DNA from: Neoechinorhynchus agilis
Taxonomy: Eukaryota > Animalia > Acanthocephala
NCBI GenBank assembly: GCA_051530055.1
Contig: CM121341.1
Location: forward strand, 2,592,128 to 2,656,127
DNA length: 64,000 bases
Reading direction: 5' to 3'
In this document: piece after piece, positions 48,770-61,521 of the stretch
How the letters are laid out: every line of letters begins with the position of its first letter
How positions within the stretch are numbered: the stretch's first letter is position 1
Position numbers and translations under genes: made by a program
Notes under the pieces: generated by a model
Told to the model about the DNA's origin: nothing
The model's database searches: none
The model's input: only the letters and a program-made list of their open reading frames with translations

Positions 48770-50295
48770 GATTTTAAATGGAATATAAACGCATAGAAGA
48801 GCATCTTCCATTAATTGAATACCAATCATTTTATTCTGGCATCTTCATCAAGCAGCCGAATCCCCACATCAAGTTACTGATCATTAGGTAAAACCTACAA
48901 AAAGCTGCGTAATCATTTAAAAGGTTGGGTACCTTCAAACGAATTGACCAATCATTAGTAGAGGCAATGATGATCGGTCCCTCTGTCAATAGCCTCTTTT
49001 TCCTAAACGAACACTAAGCTGGACGACGGTTCCTAGTCGATACCGGTGCCGAAGTCAGCGTCCTTCCAGCCACAACACTCGATAAAACGACCAAACACTC
49101 TGGCAGAGCACTTACAGCTGCAAACGGTTCAACAATCCCAACATTCGGCAACAAGCTATTGCAGTTGAATTTCGGTAAAACTCAGACGGAATGGATGTTC
49201 ACTGTTGCCGCGGTTAAACATCCTATCCTAGGCGCTGATTTCCTTCGACACTCAGGTTTACTGGTCGACGTAAGGAATAAGCAGCTGGTTAATGCAGAAA
49301 CTTTCGCAGCGATACCATTAGCCTCCGTTTCTGTATCGATCGAAGCCATCAGCGTCGATTTCCTCCGATCGAAGAACGACGAATTTAGTAAAATTCTCGC
49401 AGATTTCCCCGAACATTCCAGCGGCTGATGGATACGGTTTGTTCAGGTGTGGATTTTGCTTTCGTCTACTTAGATGATATACTAATCGCGAGTTCAAATC
49501 GATTCGAGCACAGGAAATGGCTTCAGCATTCGAAAAAACTAAAGCCGCTCTAGCAAACGCAACGATGCTTTCACATTCAGTGACCGACGCACCAATCTCT
49601 ATCAGTACAGATGCATTCGAGTTCGCTATTGACGCTGTTCCACAGCAGAAGGTGTCCGATTCATGGCAGCCGCTGGCATTCTTCAGCAAACAAATGCGTA
49701 AACCTGAGCAACGGTACAGCACCTTCGATCGCGAGCTTCTGACCATGTATCTCGCTGTCCGACATTTTCGATATTACGTCGAGGGCCGATCGTTTACGAG
49801 TTACACTGATCATCGACCTTTAGTTTATGCGATGTAAAAAGTTTCGGATCAACAACGACATTTGAATTATATATCTGAGTTCACGACCAATATCAAACAC
49901 ATTAATGGACAAGAGAACCTAGTTGCCGATGCAGTCCCGCGTTGATTATTTAGCCAGTATTTCCGAAGCAATATCGTTTGAAGCGATGTCAGAAGATCAA
50001 AACTCTGATCAACACATCCAGGCATATCGTTCAGCGAATACCTCGCTGCGGTTGAAAGAAATTCCTTTCAATGGTACAGGACAAACTATTTTGTGTGACA
50101 TTTCGACTGGCCGTTATAGACCGTTGGTACCATCATCTTGGACGAAACGAGTTTTCGAGGCTGTACACCAGCTGTCCCACCCTTGAATCAAAGCAACCCG
50201 TAAATTGGTTAAAACAAGATACGTTTGGCCTGGTTTATCAAAGGATGTTGGTGCCTGGGTTCAGTCGTGCAACGGATGTCAAAAGGCTAAGGTTA
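48770..50295 (+). mobile_element. Degenerate Ty3/Gypsy pol lacking the RT core
   Basis: Protease (LVDTGAEVS), then RNase H-like (STDAF...PLAFFSK...YSTFDRELL...VRHFRYYVEGRSF..YTDHRPL), then the integrase zinc-finger start (VHQLSHP). Confidence 0.88.
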
Positions 50296-50671
50296 AAAAA
50301 AAACAAAATCCACCCACTTTGAATATCGCTGGCATATGCGTAGGATGTAATCAAATATCGATTATTTTGATCTGGTGAATGAACCTTTATTGGAAAAGAT
50401 TCAGAGGGATTGCGCACTCGAAGATACAGCCACGTCAACTGTTGCCGAGTAGAGGATCGCAAAGGCCGTACTTTCATTGTTTTAGTACAAACATTTTTAT
50501 AGATTAAAAGTTATGTTCTTCTTTTAATGGCTTTAAAGTCATTTTGATCTAATTTTTGTTTGAGATATGGGAATTTGAAGAAAGAATTAATTTATTGATT
50601 GAATATTTCGATCCAAACTAGGATATTCTTCAGCGAATTCTAAAAAAGAGAGGCAGGGAATGCCAAAACTA

Positions 50672-50900
50672 TCACACGTTGATCTTATCGGGTGGAATCC
50701 GAACCTTCAATCTGTAATCTGGCTTGTTTCCATCAAAAATGGATGACGACTGGATATACACAGCTTCCGTGACCACACGACTGAATCGATCGTAATTCCG
50801 TAATAACACTTGCATGTTATCCAAATCGATCTGATCTCCAGTATTCACAGCGTGTGAGACCACTGCAGAACTCATGTCATTCTTCCCATTTATCGATCGC
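50672..50900 (-). mobile_element. Penelope-like GIY-YIG endonuclease C-terminal fragment
   Basis: SSAVVSHAVNTGDQIDLDNMQVL...RVVTEAVYI matches SA..EH....H.ID..N..IL...EA.YI. Confidence 0.7.
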
Positions 50901-52599
50901 TTGTGCTCCTGAATTCTCCTGTTTGGATCGTTCGTTTGTCCGATGTAGACCTGATTACATTCACTACATGGAATCTTGTATACTGATCCAGATTGAGGCT
51001 CGATTTTTTTGTTGGGACAAAGCAGTGTGTAAATTACGTCCCTTCCGAAGCGGCTTCAGCATAAAGAAAGTTACTGTCCTCGACAGATCATTATGGCAGA
51101 CTGATGAATCCTAAAGTATTTCAGAAAAAAGTATTTACCTGGCAAGTAGATATTGACAATTATTTTTACAAATATCTTCATTGCTAAAAACTTTTTTGTA
51201 ATTGAGGTCCGTGTGAATTGTCTTAAATCTTCTTTTTTTTTAATTTTCAGCATATAATTCTTATTTTTTATCGGACGGTTAACTGTACCGTTGTGGATAA
51301 AACGAAACTTTGAGTTTGGACGAGAAAGGAAAAGTGAGAAATGGACGCAACTGCGACACTACAAAACTCGGAAACGACCGACATCCACTCTCAGAACTGG
51401 CGATGACTTGGCAGAATAGAGCAAACGATTTTAATAACGGCAACAAACTGATTACATCGCGATTATTCTTATATTGGGGGACTGGAACACATTAATGCAA
51501 TCCTTTTAAGGGACGTAGCGACTCATTAAAGGCCAATTCTCAGCTAGTAGCCCAGAAAAGCTGCATTTTTTGAGATTTTACATCCAACAATCTTAAATGT
51601 CCAGTAATTTTCGAGCCTTAAAGTATTTCCATAAAATAAAAGCAAGATAAAAATTTTATGAATTTCACAAGCCACAGGTTTCTTCGGTTGGTTGAAATAT
51701 TGTAACTATGATGGTGGTCATTTTTTTTCTAGACGTCAGTCAAAAGCGACCCATTAAAATTCACATCGATTTCACCCTCTTTAGGATAAATGGTGTTCGT
51801 TCCGACGTTTGGGACCGTTTTTCTTATTGAATATCGACGACATTATCATCATGAGTTGCTCGAAAATGACATGAACAAAGGAATTGGTAACCAAAAACTA
51901 CATTTTAAGGATTGTCTGTAAAAAGCGAAAAGGGCGGTAAACTATTTCGCTGGCTGGATTTTCGTCTAAATTTAATTTTTATCCAGAGTTCAATCGAGAA
52001 CTAAAAGATTCCGACAATTCGCGATTACTTTCATTGATCTTGTCGACCTCAATGATCTCTCCTCAAGTTCATTTCAAGTTCTGATATTCGAGAATATTGT
52101 CTAGCATGGAAAAAGGAGCGTAGGTGAGGCCGAGTGAAGATGAAACGAATTAGGATTACGAGTGTTGCGCTCGTGTGAAAAGGAAGCGAAATGTGGAAGA
52201 AATTGTGGTTGTAGGGTTGAGAGGCGTTTTGATTGTTTTATGAAAATTTTATTAAAGTATTCGGTGAGAGGGGGGAAAGACAGCCGTGCAAATTTTAGAT
52301 GCTATTTTATGAAGAATTTCAAGACGACAGACTTGAGATCTGGATTGGTTGCAAAATGCGGGATAACCGTAGGTGACGAGGGTAAAGTAAAGCTGAAGTA
52401 AAATTTGTAGATCAGGTGAAGGGATTCCTTAATGTCGGAGGCGTTTGATGAAGTAAATTTTTAAGGCGTTGCTCTTGAGGGAGAGAAAGTGTTGTGTTTC
52501 CCATTCAAAATTTGATTGAAATTGGAGACCAATTGAAATATGAGACCAATTGAAATTAGAAACCATCGATATTATCACGGGAGACTTAATTGGCGAATG

Positions 52600-53593
52600 C
52601 AGCTGCAGGCAAATCCTCAAACGCAAACAGAGGGGATCCAACCGTAACTTTGCAGTTAAGATCTTAAAGAACGCCACTCTGAACTTCTAAATGGATGATT
52701 ACGAAGTCAAGATGTTTAAGACAATAAAAGAGGCCGAGGTAGAACGAGCAAATATCGCAGTTCCCCTCGAAATGTTTAAGTATTGTGGTCACCAATTCAT
52801 TATTCCTGAACACTACGAAATGGACCTTAATGTGTCTGTAAACACATTTGGAGCAATGCAAATCAATCGATTGTTCTACTTGGCATGCAAAATGTTGCGA
52901 AAATTGGAGAAGTTAAAAGATCTTAATATTGTTGATGGAGATTTCAAACCAATCAGCATTATGATGGTCAGTTGTCTAAGTAAATCTGAACAATTCAAAC
53001 TCATTAATTTTGGTCATGCCGTGCAGCTACGAAACCAAGAGTCTCTTTATGGATACTTCCAAACTTCATACTATCGCGCTTCGGAATTGATAGTGGATTT
53101 ACCCACCGCCAAATCAATCGACATGTGGAGCCTTGGTTGCACTGTCGGGGAACTGGCGGTTAGCAGGCCAGTGTTTCCAGGGAGTGATGGTTATGAGACG
53201 GTCCTTGATAATGGAGTACGGACATTGCTATATTATAATGATACAATCAACGGAGACGGATGGATGCTGAAATCTCCATTGGAAAGAGGAATCTTTCCAT
53301 TGAACAGCAGTGCGCTACATCCACCGATAGGGTCATTGGACAGCATTATTAACCTTATGCCCCTAGTTTACCCGACACAACAAGATACGCAAAATCCAAC
53401 AAATTTGTTGCAATTCTGGATCGTATGTTTAAACTTTTCCCCGGGGATCGAGTTTATCCAACTGTCGCCCTTCAAACATACTTTTCAGAGAACGCTGACA
53501 CTCAATTCAGCGCTGGTGGGCCTTCATGATTATGCAATTCGATTGTTCAGAATTTCGGACATTTGTCGATGTTTTGGCACTTGCTTCAAATAA
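52600..53593 (+). pseudogene. HIPK/DYRK-like kinase pseudogene, copy 3
   Basis: 300-aa ORF 52691-53593 with catalytic loop DGDFKPIS, NFG and ASE; same upstream TAA and 3' frameshift as copy 2. Confidence 0.85.
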
Positions 53594-55830
53594 ATACTGC
53601 TTTGTTTTTTGTGAATTTAAGTAATAGACCGCTATTGAAAATTTTATGACGGATACTAATTTATATAAGCAATTCTCTGATATTATCAATTCCCTTTATA
53701 AAGCTAAAACACTATTATAAGTGATTTATGCGCACGATTAAACAATTTGTACGAATTTATTGATTGTGATGAGGAAATATGAACACGGGTTTAATGCGAA
53801 AAGCATAAGTTGCTTTTGTATTCTAAAAGATCGAAGCATAAATTTTAATATTTATTTTCATCTACTTTTATCATCATATTTTTAGAAATGGAACTCTCTC
53901 TCTCAAAAGCAACGATAAATTAAAGTTTAAGAATATTCAGAAACAAAAGGGAATTTGTGCAGTTAATAGACATTTAATTGAATGAAAAGAACCTACTTAT
54001 TGATAAATGTTGTTGTCGATATCTCAAACGCTAATCGAGATAATTCCTTATGATTTACAAATCTTAACACTTTTAGAATGCACTTTATTTTGTCATAATC
54101 TTTATCGATTCAAATATCATATTGCCTAAAGTCACGTTACAAATTTCAATTCAAGGCATGAGCAAAAATGGTATTTCGTAATCTTTTTATTGTTTCAACC
54201 GAATGAATGTGTAAATACTAAGCGAGTAAAAACGTTAAATTGTATTATGTGGAATCACATGTTGAATTTATTCTCATGAATTTCTCCATCAGAGCGTTCG
54301 TTTAAATCTCATAACAAGATGGACATCATAATTAAATTAACTAAAATTTTATATTGCTTCTAAAAACATTTTTCTAGTGAATTCTCAATGTTTCGTCCGT
54401 CTCGTCGGACTTCTTCAGGTCTTCGGTCTTATCAAAATGTTTTATAATAGGAGTGTTATCTTCTCACGATCAAAAACAAATTATTGATTGGGTTTGAATA
54501 ACTTAATGTTTGCAATTTTGACTACTTTTAATCTATGTGCACTATCGAACACCGATCAAACATTTTCATCGTATTGAATTTCCGTTAAACTTAAAATATT
54601 ATTGACCTTTATTCTATATGTATAAATAGCGAATACACTCAAGGAAGAAATCGATGGCACGCTCGGAGGTAATCCCTCTGTAGTCCTGCGGGATTTGGAG
54701 ACACTCGTGAAGGAAACGACGAAAATTGGCATTGATCTGAATCCCTCAAAATGAGAGACTAGTGATGAACATGGAAAAATACCATGAACCACTTTCAGAA
54801 CCTTGCCCAGAGATAGAATAGATTACTTTACACCGGTTGATTCTCCTAGGAAGCTGTGTTTTTTAACATGGAAACAGATATTTAATCTTCAACCGCAACT
54901 TTACATGCTACGAAAACGAAATTATCTTTGCACGAGGCACTGTTCCTGATCAAGAATACTCTCTTGATTTCAAAATTACTGTATAATCTGCTCGCAGCAC
55001 TTTTTTAGACACAAAGATAAGATGGAACAATTAGACGAAACGGTGGCAGCCTGGCTTGAGAATATTTAAATACTCAGCTATCGGACGATACCTGGCGTCA
55101 AGGATCCTTGCATGTGTCGTGCGGCCAAGTAGATATTTTCCTGTCAGCTTATTTGGGATCGTGTGGATCAAGCCACAAAATAGTTCAGTCGTTTCTTGGC
55201 GGGAATTACATTTTGGTCGAAGATTTGATGGAGGCTCTAAATCTTTGGTGTGAAGATTCCGGTAGCGAGGGTACTCACTCTTTATAGCGGGAATTCAGAG
55301 TTCTTTAATTTCATATTCATGTGACCTGGCAGATTGAACTCGCTTGACGGCAGTCTCGACTAGACAATCGAGTTCTTTGCTCAACGTTCTCCTAATCGAT
55401 TCTGTGGGCACTCTCCGACGAGACGGTAAGGATTGCAGTGTCCCTGAGACTTCGAGTACCGATGTGTACTTCCAATCGCTGCCTCGGCAATCAGACGGAA
55501 GGCGCTCACGACACGCGGAACTGAACGAAATTCATAGTCGTGCCATACTATGAATACTTTCAACAAACTCGAGCAGCGCAATCTTTGCCGACTCGAAATA
55601 AACGGCCAAAGCTCTATATCTCAAATCAGGTAGACACACCGAGTTCATTTCCGATACAAGCGTTTTCATTAAGTTGAACGCGTCCACCGCAAAGTAAAAA
55701 AATTCCATTGGATGACCACACTCATTGGCTCAACCACTAAGTTCGAAATCTGCTTTTGGAGACAAGCCTGAGATTGTCTCAATGGACCTGAAGAAAATTT
55801 CGGAAACGAGTTTAGGGTTTGCTTGGGAGC

Positions 55831-56797
55831 ATCGATAGAAAAACCTTGGAGATGACAGAGTTAAACAGATGTGTATTAATCATAATCCCCTCACCGGACG
55901 GACAACCCGCATTTCATTGAGATATTTCGAACGAGGAAGCTTCGTAGATTAATTGACAATGAATGATGATGCAAGGCTTCTTCTTTTGAAACATTTTTAT
56001 AAGTTTCATCCGTTCGGAGGATTACGATCAATACACAACTTTCAAAGAAACTAACAATCGAGAGAAAATCCATCGGAATGATAGAATTAAAAAGAAGTGT
56101 ATTGATCATATTGCCCCGAACGCTTGAAACATATTTTATTGAGATATTTCAAAAGAGGAAGCTTCACAGATTAATTTAAAATGAATGATGATGCGAGGCT
56201 TCCTCTTTTAAAACATTTCAATATGTTTTATCCGTTCGAGGGATTATGATCATCACATCTCAAAGAAAATAATAATCGATAGAAAATCCTTGGAGATGAC
56301 AGAGTTAAAAAGATGTGTATTAATCATAATCCCCTCCCCGGACGGACAACCCGCATTTCATTGAGATATTTCAAACGAGGAAGCTTGACAGATTAATTGA
56401 CAATGAATGATGATGCAAGGCTTCTTTTGAAACATTTTTATATGTTTCATCCGTTCGGGGGATTACGATCAATACACAACTTTCAAAGAAACTAACAATC
56501 GAGAGAAAATCCATCGGAATGATAGAATTAAAAAGAAGTGTATTGATCATATTGCCCCGAACGCTTAAAATATATTTTATTGAGATATTTCAAAAGAGGA
56601 AGCTTCACAGATTAATTTAAAATGAATGATGATGCGAGGCTTCCTCTTTTAAAACATTTCAATATGTTTTATCCGTTCGAGGGATTATGATCATCACATC
56701 TCAAAGAAAATAATAATCGATAGAAAATCCTTGGAGATGACAGAGTTAAAAAGATGTGTATCAATCATAATCCCCTCCCCGTACGGACAACCCGCAT
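55831..56797. repeat. Dimeric higher-order tandem repeat (A-B-A-B-a, ~220-bp monomers, ~443-bp period)
   Basis: A starts at about 55831, 56275 and 56716; B starts at about 56057 and 56498. A and B share gaggaagctt..agattaatt..aatgaatgatgatgc.aggcttc. Confidence 0.9.
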
Positions 56798-56989
56798 GGG
56801 GTGTAAGCTGCTGTTAATTAACATGGAGGAGGTGTACCGGGCCAGCGTACTTCGCGGCTTTACCTCCGTCGCACCGAGCTTGAGGCTGATTCAAGTCGAT
56901 TAGCTGAGTTTGTTGAGTTTGTGTGTACTAGGGCAAAACGTTCCAATGGATATCGAAAGCAGAGGGCTTCAATGCTAAAAGCCCACGAG

Positions 56990-58010
56990 GCAGTTGTTCC
57001 CATCAAAAATTGCCTTTACGTACCGAAGCTTCTCTACAAGTTCAGAACCACTCTTAAAACGTCAGAAAGACTTGGCTAATCTCGACAACCTCGGACGGGA
57101 CAAACTTGAGAGCCTTCTAAATGTGAGCTTCGGCGAATTATTATGGAGGCAGACAACCTTGCCCACATCTTTCACTGGTTCTTGTATTAGACGAACGAGT
57201 GACCGTGCCTTACCCTCCGTTCTTGGGTCAATATTCGTGAGTCGTGAAAACTCGAAAAAAGTCTTCGATGAGGTTAATGAAAGGCATTTCACAGAGGTCT
57301 TATCGAAATGGTCGTCACTAACCGGATTGAATAAGCCTCCAGGAAACTCCGCCAACTCACCACTCGTTCATCAGGTTTACTACTTTTTTAATGGACCCGA
57401 TGGATGAGAGGTCCCTAATTTGACTGATGGCTTGTTCGACCAAAGAATCGGGATCATGGGAACACTACTAGACGACGAGACACTGCACATCTTATTTTGC
57501 CTCAGATTCGAATTGAATATCTGCATTGTCCCGCACCGATGCTCGCATATAGACGAAACTGGCACACATGGACTCTGCAGGAAAGTTCCCGAGAGATTCG
57601 GTACTCAACGGCATAATCAGCAGAGCTTTGTCTCGCATTAACATTCCCAACGTCCTCAAACGTCCGGACGGAGTGACCGTCTTCCACTGGGTCCGCCGCC
57701 GCTGTCCTATGTGGGACGCGACATGCACCGAAGACAATCTTCGAAGTTGCGAAAAAGGCGCTAACGAAGTCGCCAATGCTGCGGAACGAAGGAAGGTTGC
57801 CAATTTCAGCAACTTCACTGCAGATTTCATCTTTGCTCCGCTCGGAGTCGAAACCTATGGGTTGTTGTGGAAGACGACCTTGGTGCTGACCAAGGAAACA
57901 GGTCTGCGATTGGCAAGAATTACAAAGGATAATCGCGAACCAATGTTTTTACGCCAAAGCATTAGTCTCGCCGTGCAGCCGGGAAACGCCGCGAGCATCC
58001 GTATGACGGG
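56990..58010 (+). mobile_element. CRE-clade retrotransposon 3' half (further family), degenerate
   Basis: HGLCRK...RH, RPDGVTVFHW...WDATC, RRKVANF...FAPLGVETYG, FLRQSISLAVQPGNAASI. Confidence 0.85.
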
Positions 58011-58503
58011 CATTCGATCGGTTAGATGTTCGTATGAGTTAAGAAAAAGGATCGATGAATTATGTAGTGCAACTGATGGCGGCAGTCGTAGCTGTCCGGT
58101 GGACTTTAGGACCCTCGGACTGTTGGAATCATTCTATCCAACCGGTTGTCTGGTCGCGAGAAAATTGGAATGTCGATGATGGGCCAAAGATATTAGATAA
58201 GATGCCTAGACGAGAGATTAAAGAAGGCTCCAAGACCTTTGCCGGAGTAGAACTAATGGTATAGTTGCAAACCCGAGGAACAGCAATAGCGCTACAAGTC
58301 TACAACAAGGCAAACCGAAACCGCCCTTCGCAGTATGACTAAAATTGGATGAAGCCTGTAAAAAAATAAGCAACTGTTTATTCACAGATCACATATCGAA
58401 ATATACGATTTAAATTATTTGTCAGCGAGCGACAAAGGTACTAGATCTATTACTTGCTGATATCTAAAATAAACGCAATATAATTTTACTTTCTTATTGT
58501 GTC

Positions 58504-59191
58504 TCAATTAGAGTTTCGGTATCCCGTTATTACATGAGCTGCGATCCACGCCTGCGTGTACGTTGCATCCTCCAACAGCCTATTCAGCATGATTATTGCT
58601 TGCGGTGAATTCGCAAGTCCAGCTAAAAGCAGGGTATATTGCAATTGGGGATCTTGTGGAACGCCACCGCTTCGTATGGTTCCGAGTGCTGCTTCCAAAT
58701 GTGGATGGACACCGAACTTTGGAAGCGAAACTTCAACTTGAGCCACTTTAGTGGGCGGTTCTACAGTATTGTCTTGAGCTTTCCTCTTCCGATTACTTCT
58801 GGTAGTCTTCTTTTGTGTGATCGGTTCTCCTGTTTGAATGGCATCCAAAATTTGACGGTAAGACACAATGTCTTTTCTTGGTCGTCCTCGATGCGGCACA
58901 CAAGACAGTTTGCCGTCCACCTCCATTTCAACCTTGTCTATGAGTCTTTTCATGCACAAAATTGCTTCGTTTTTAAAATACTTTTCCGGATCTTTAGGTG
59001 GACGGCCGTTTCTTTTACGATGGACGGGAATAAACCCAGTAGGCACGGTTACTCGTGGCATATTTACTTCGTCCGGTAAATCACTGGGAGCGAAACAAAG
59101 CAAACGAAATCAAAATTTTTAAACTTTTAAATACTCACGTTTTCAATGCATTTTCGATTGATTGCTGCTGGAGCTGATTTTTTACGTCCAT
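58504..59191 (-). CDS. Two-exon AT-hook-containing protein, 210 aa
   Basis: Exon 1 59191-59139 (MDVKNQLQQQSIENALK), GTGAGT...CAG intron 59138-59084 (55 nt), exon 2 59083-58504 in frame. AT-hook-like RKRNGRPPK and HRGRPRK, plus a basic NLS-like RSNRKRK. Confidence 0.75.
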
Positions 59192-60043
59192 TTATTGTGT
59201 CTAAAGTTAGGTGTTTCCAAATGATTTAACTTCAACCTAAAAAAAGATTTTGTTAGGAGTTGACAGTAAAATAATCTATGCCGTCCGGTATTCTTCGATC
59301 ACAATCTAAGATCGGCTTATTAGGCTTAATACGATTTAGATTGCGAGTGATTTTGCTAACGATGATCGTCTTTAGCTCAACATAATCTCGATGGATTCCT
59401 CCGCTAATATTGACTCTAACATGTTGATTATTGATTCGATGTGGATATTACTATATATTTTTTGTTTCAATATTTTTATCACATGACTCTAAATATATGC
59501 CGCCGCATCATATTTCCTATCAACATTTAATTGTAAATTAAGATCAATAAGTCATTTTTTTGTAAAATATATCGACTAACTGGTAATAAGATCTTGATTG
59601 TTTGTGAATTTCATCCATCATGTAAAATTTCAACCTTTAAAACCGAATCGCATGTTCATACTTTTACTTAAATAAAAATAACTATTAAAAAGAACTGAAA
59701 TATTTTTATTTGAAGCACGAAATCGTCACAGAATCTAATGACTTTATCGAATTTCGCATTATCGAAAAAGCTGTTCATTCTCTCTATCGATCGTGTGGTT
59801 TTCACCGTTTTCAATCTCATAGACGTGACCGTTCCTGATTATATTAATTCGCCATGAAAATGTTAAGCATGGCAAAGTATCCTTTTAAATTTGTCTTTAT
59901 CTATTTTGCTCAAAAATAATTTCTGACCAATCGGTTAGGTGATAATTTTTTAATATTTTATAAGAACATGAACGAGACACGAGGAACGTTCGAATCAAGA
60001 CCATGAATATTTTAAAACATCTTTTCTTAACACTTTAATAAAC

Positions 60044-60195
60044 TTTGAATTGTGGTGACGATGATCCCGGATAAAAGATATTTTATTGATATGAAATATT
60101 CCGCGATGAAGCCTCATATCACCAGTCATGATTGCGGATAAAACACTTTTCAATAAAACATCTTTAATCCGGAATTATACTCACCACAATTCAAA
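60044..60195. mobile_element. MITE-like foldback element (~152 bp)
   Basis: Ends tttgaattgtggtga / tcaccacaattcaaa, with further nested complementarity (ccggat/atccgg, ttttattga/tcaataaaa, tccgc/gcgga). Confidence 0.6.
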
Positions 60196-61164
60196 ATTTA
60201 TCATCTCGGAGGATTTTCTCTTTATCATTTTAATAAACATCAAGCGTCTTGGTTTACTGACCTTTTTTCAATTCGAGCGAAATCAAAAAATAGAGTATAA
60301 AATCTAAATAGCAGTACGATTTATTTTTTACAAATTTACAAAATTGAAAGCCCATTTCCATTGAACGCAACGTGTTTATAAATGCCAAAATGGTAAACAG
60401 TATTTTTGATTGGATAACTTGAAAGTAGAAAACGAACAGCGTTTATTTCGCTGTTTGAATGCAGATAAAATGTTTTATGAATTACTTCATATATAAATGG
60501 AGCAACTAAATATTATAGAAATCGTGATCATTTGCATTTCCCAAAAGACTATTTTTATATTGAAAAACTTTAGGAATAAACGATTATTTCCATCGCTTTT
60601 CTACAGATAAGAAATAAAATCGGCGAAAGATTTTTTATTATTGGGTTAACAATTATTGAAAGGTATAACATGACAAAGACTTGAAATTTTAAATTCAAAT
60701 ACTAAACTCCAAGAAAAAATTTCATCCGACTGATTCCGGTCGAAAAAATTAGAATCTGTGATCTATTTTTACATGTCTACTTTTCGATCATTTTAAATGT
60801 TAATTTGCGAAAATTTTTGTTAACCTGGTCTTTTGAATGCAGCTAAAATGTTGCACGAATCGTAAACTTGTCGAGAAAGATGTTTAATGGTTTTTGATAT
60901 ATGGAATATTCGTTATTGATTGGTGTTTGAGTGCTCCTGTGGATCCGGAGTACACGGCTCCTCTACTTTAAATAAAATTAGAAGTGTTATTATAATTTTG
61001 TTTTTTTTTGACCGAGTATATTGAAGTAAACATGAGGTTCAAGATCACGAACTATTCATCGCTGGAGGCCTGAATCAATTTTTTGCTTCAATTTTTTTGG
61101 TCGTTTCATTAAAAATCTCGCATCCTAAAGTACGATGAAACTATCACTTAATTTTTCACCTTAA

Positions 61165-61521
61165 ATGTCATCTTGTAAATTGAACGAATCGCTAAAATTT
61201 AACAGCAGTTTCAGTCGTATACTTCACAGCTACAATGAAGACATAAACGGCTCAAATGTTGCGACGAGCGTCAACACGGATACTTTGCTCAGTACTTGCG
61301 AACAAATACTTTCAAAATCAGGGGCATTGTGTAAGGCCATTCAAATAGATGAACAAGATTCCAAAATTCATTGTGAGTGGATTAGGCGACGAAGAGAGCT
61401 ACGCCAACGAGTTTCTGAAGTAGAGAATTTGCTTGAAGCTGAAAATAGCGCATCAATAGCTTCTCAAAAAAGAATAAATCCATTTGAACTGTATAACTTG
61501 CATGGTGGCGATCAATTTTAA
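61165..61521 (+). other. Unknown helical ORF, inverted partner of 22610-22924
   Basis: Very similar 118-aa ORF. Confidence 0.35.
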
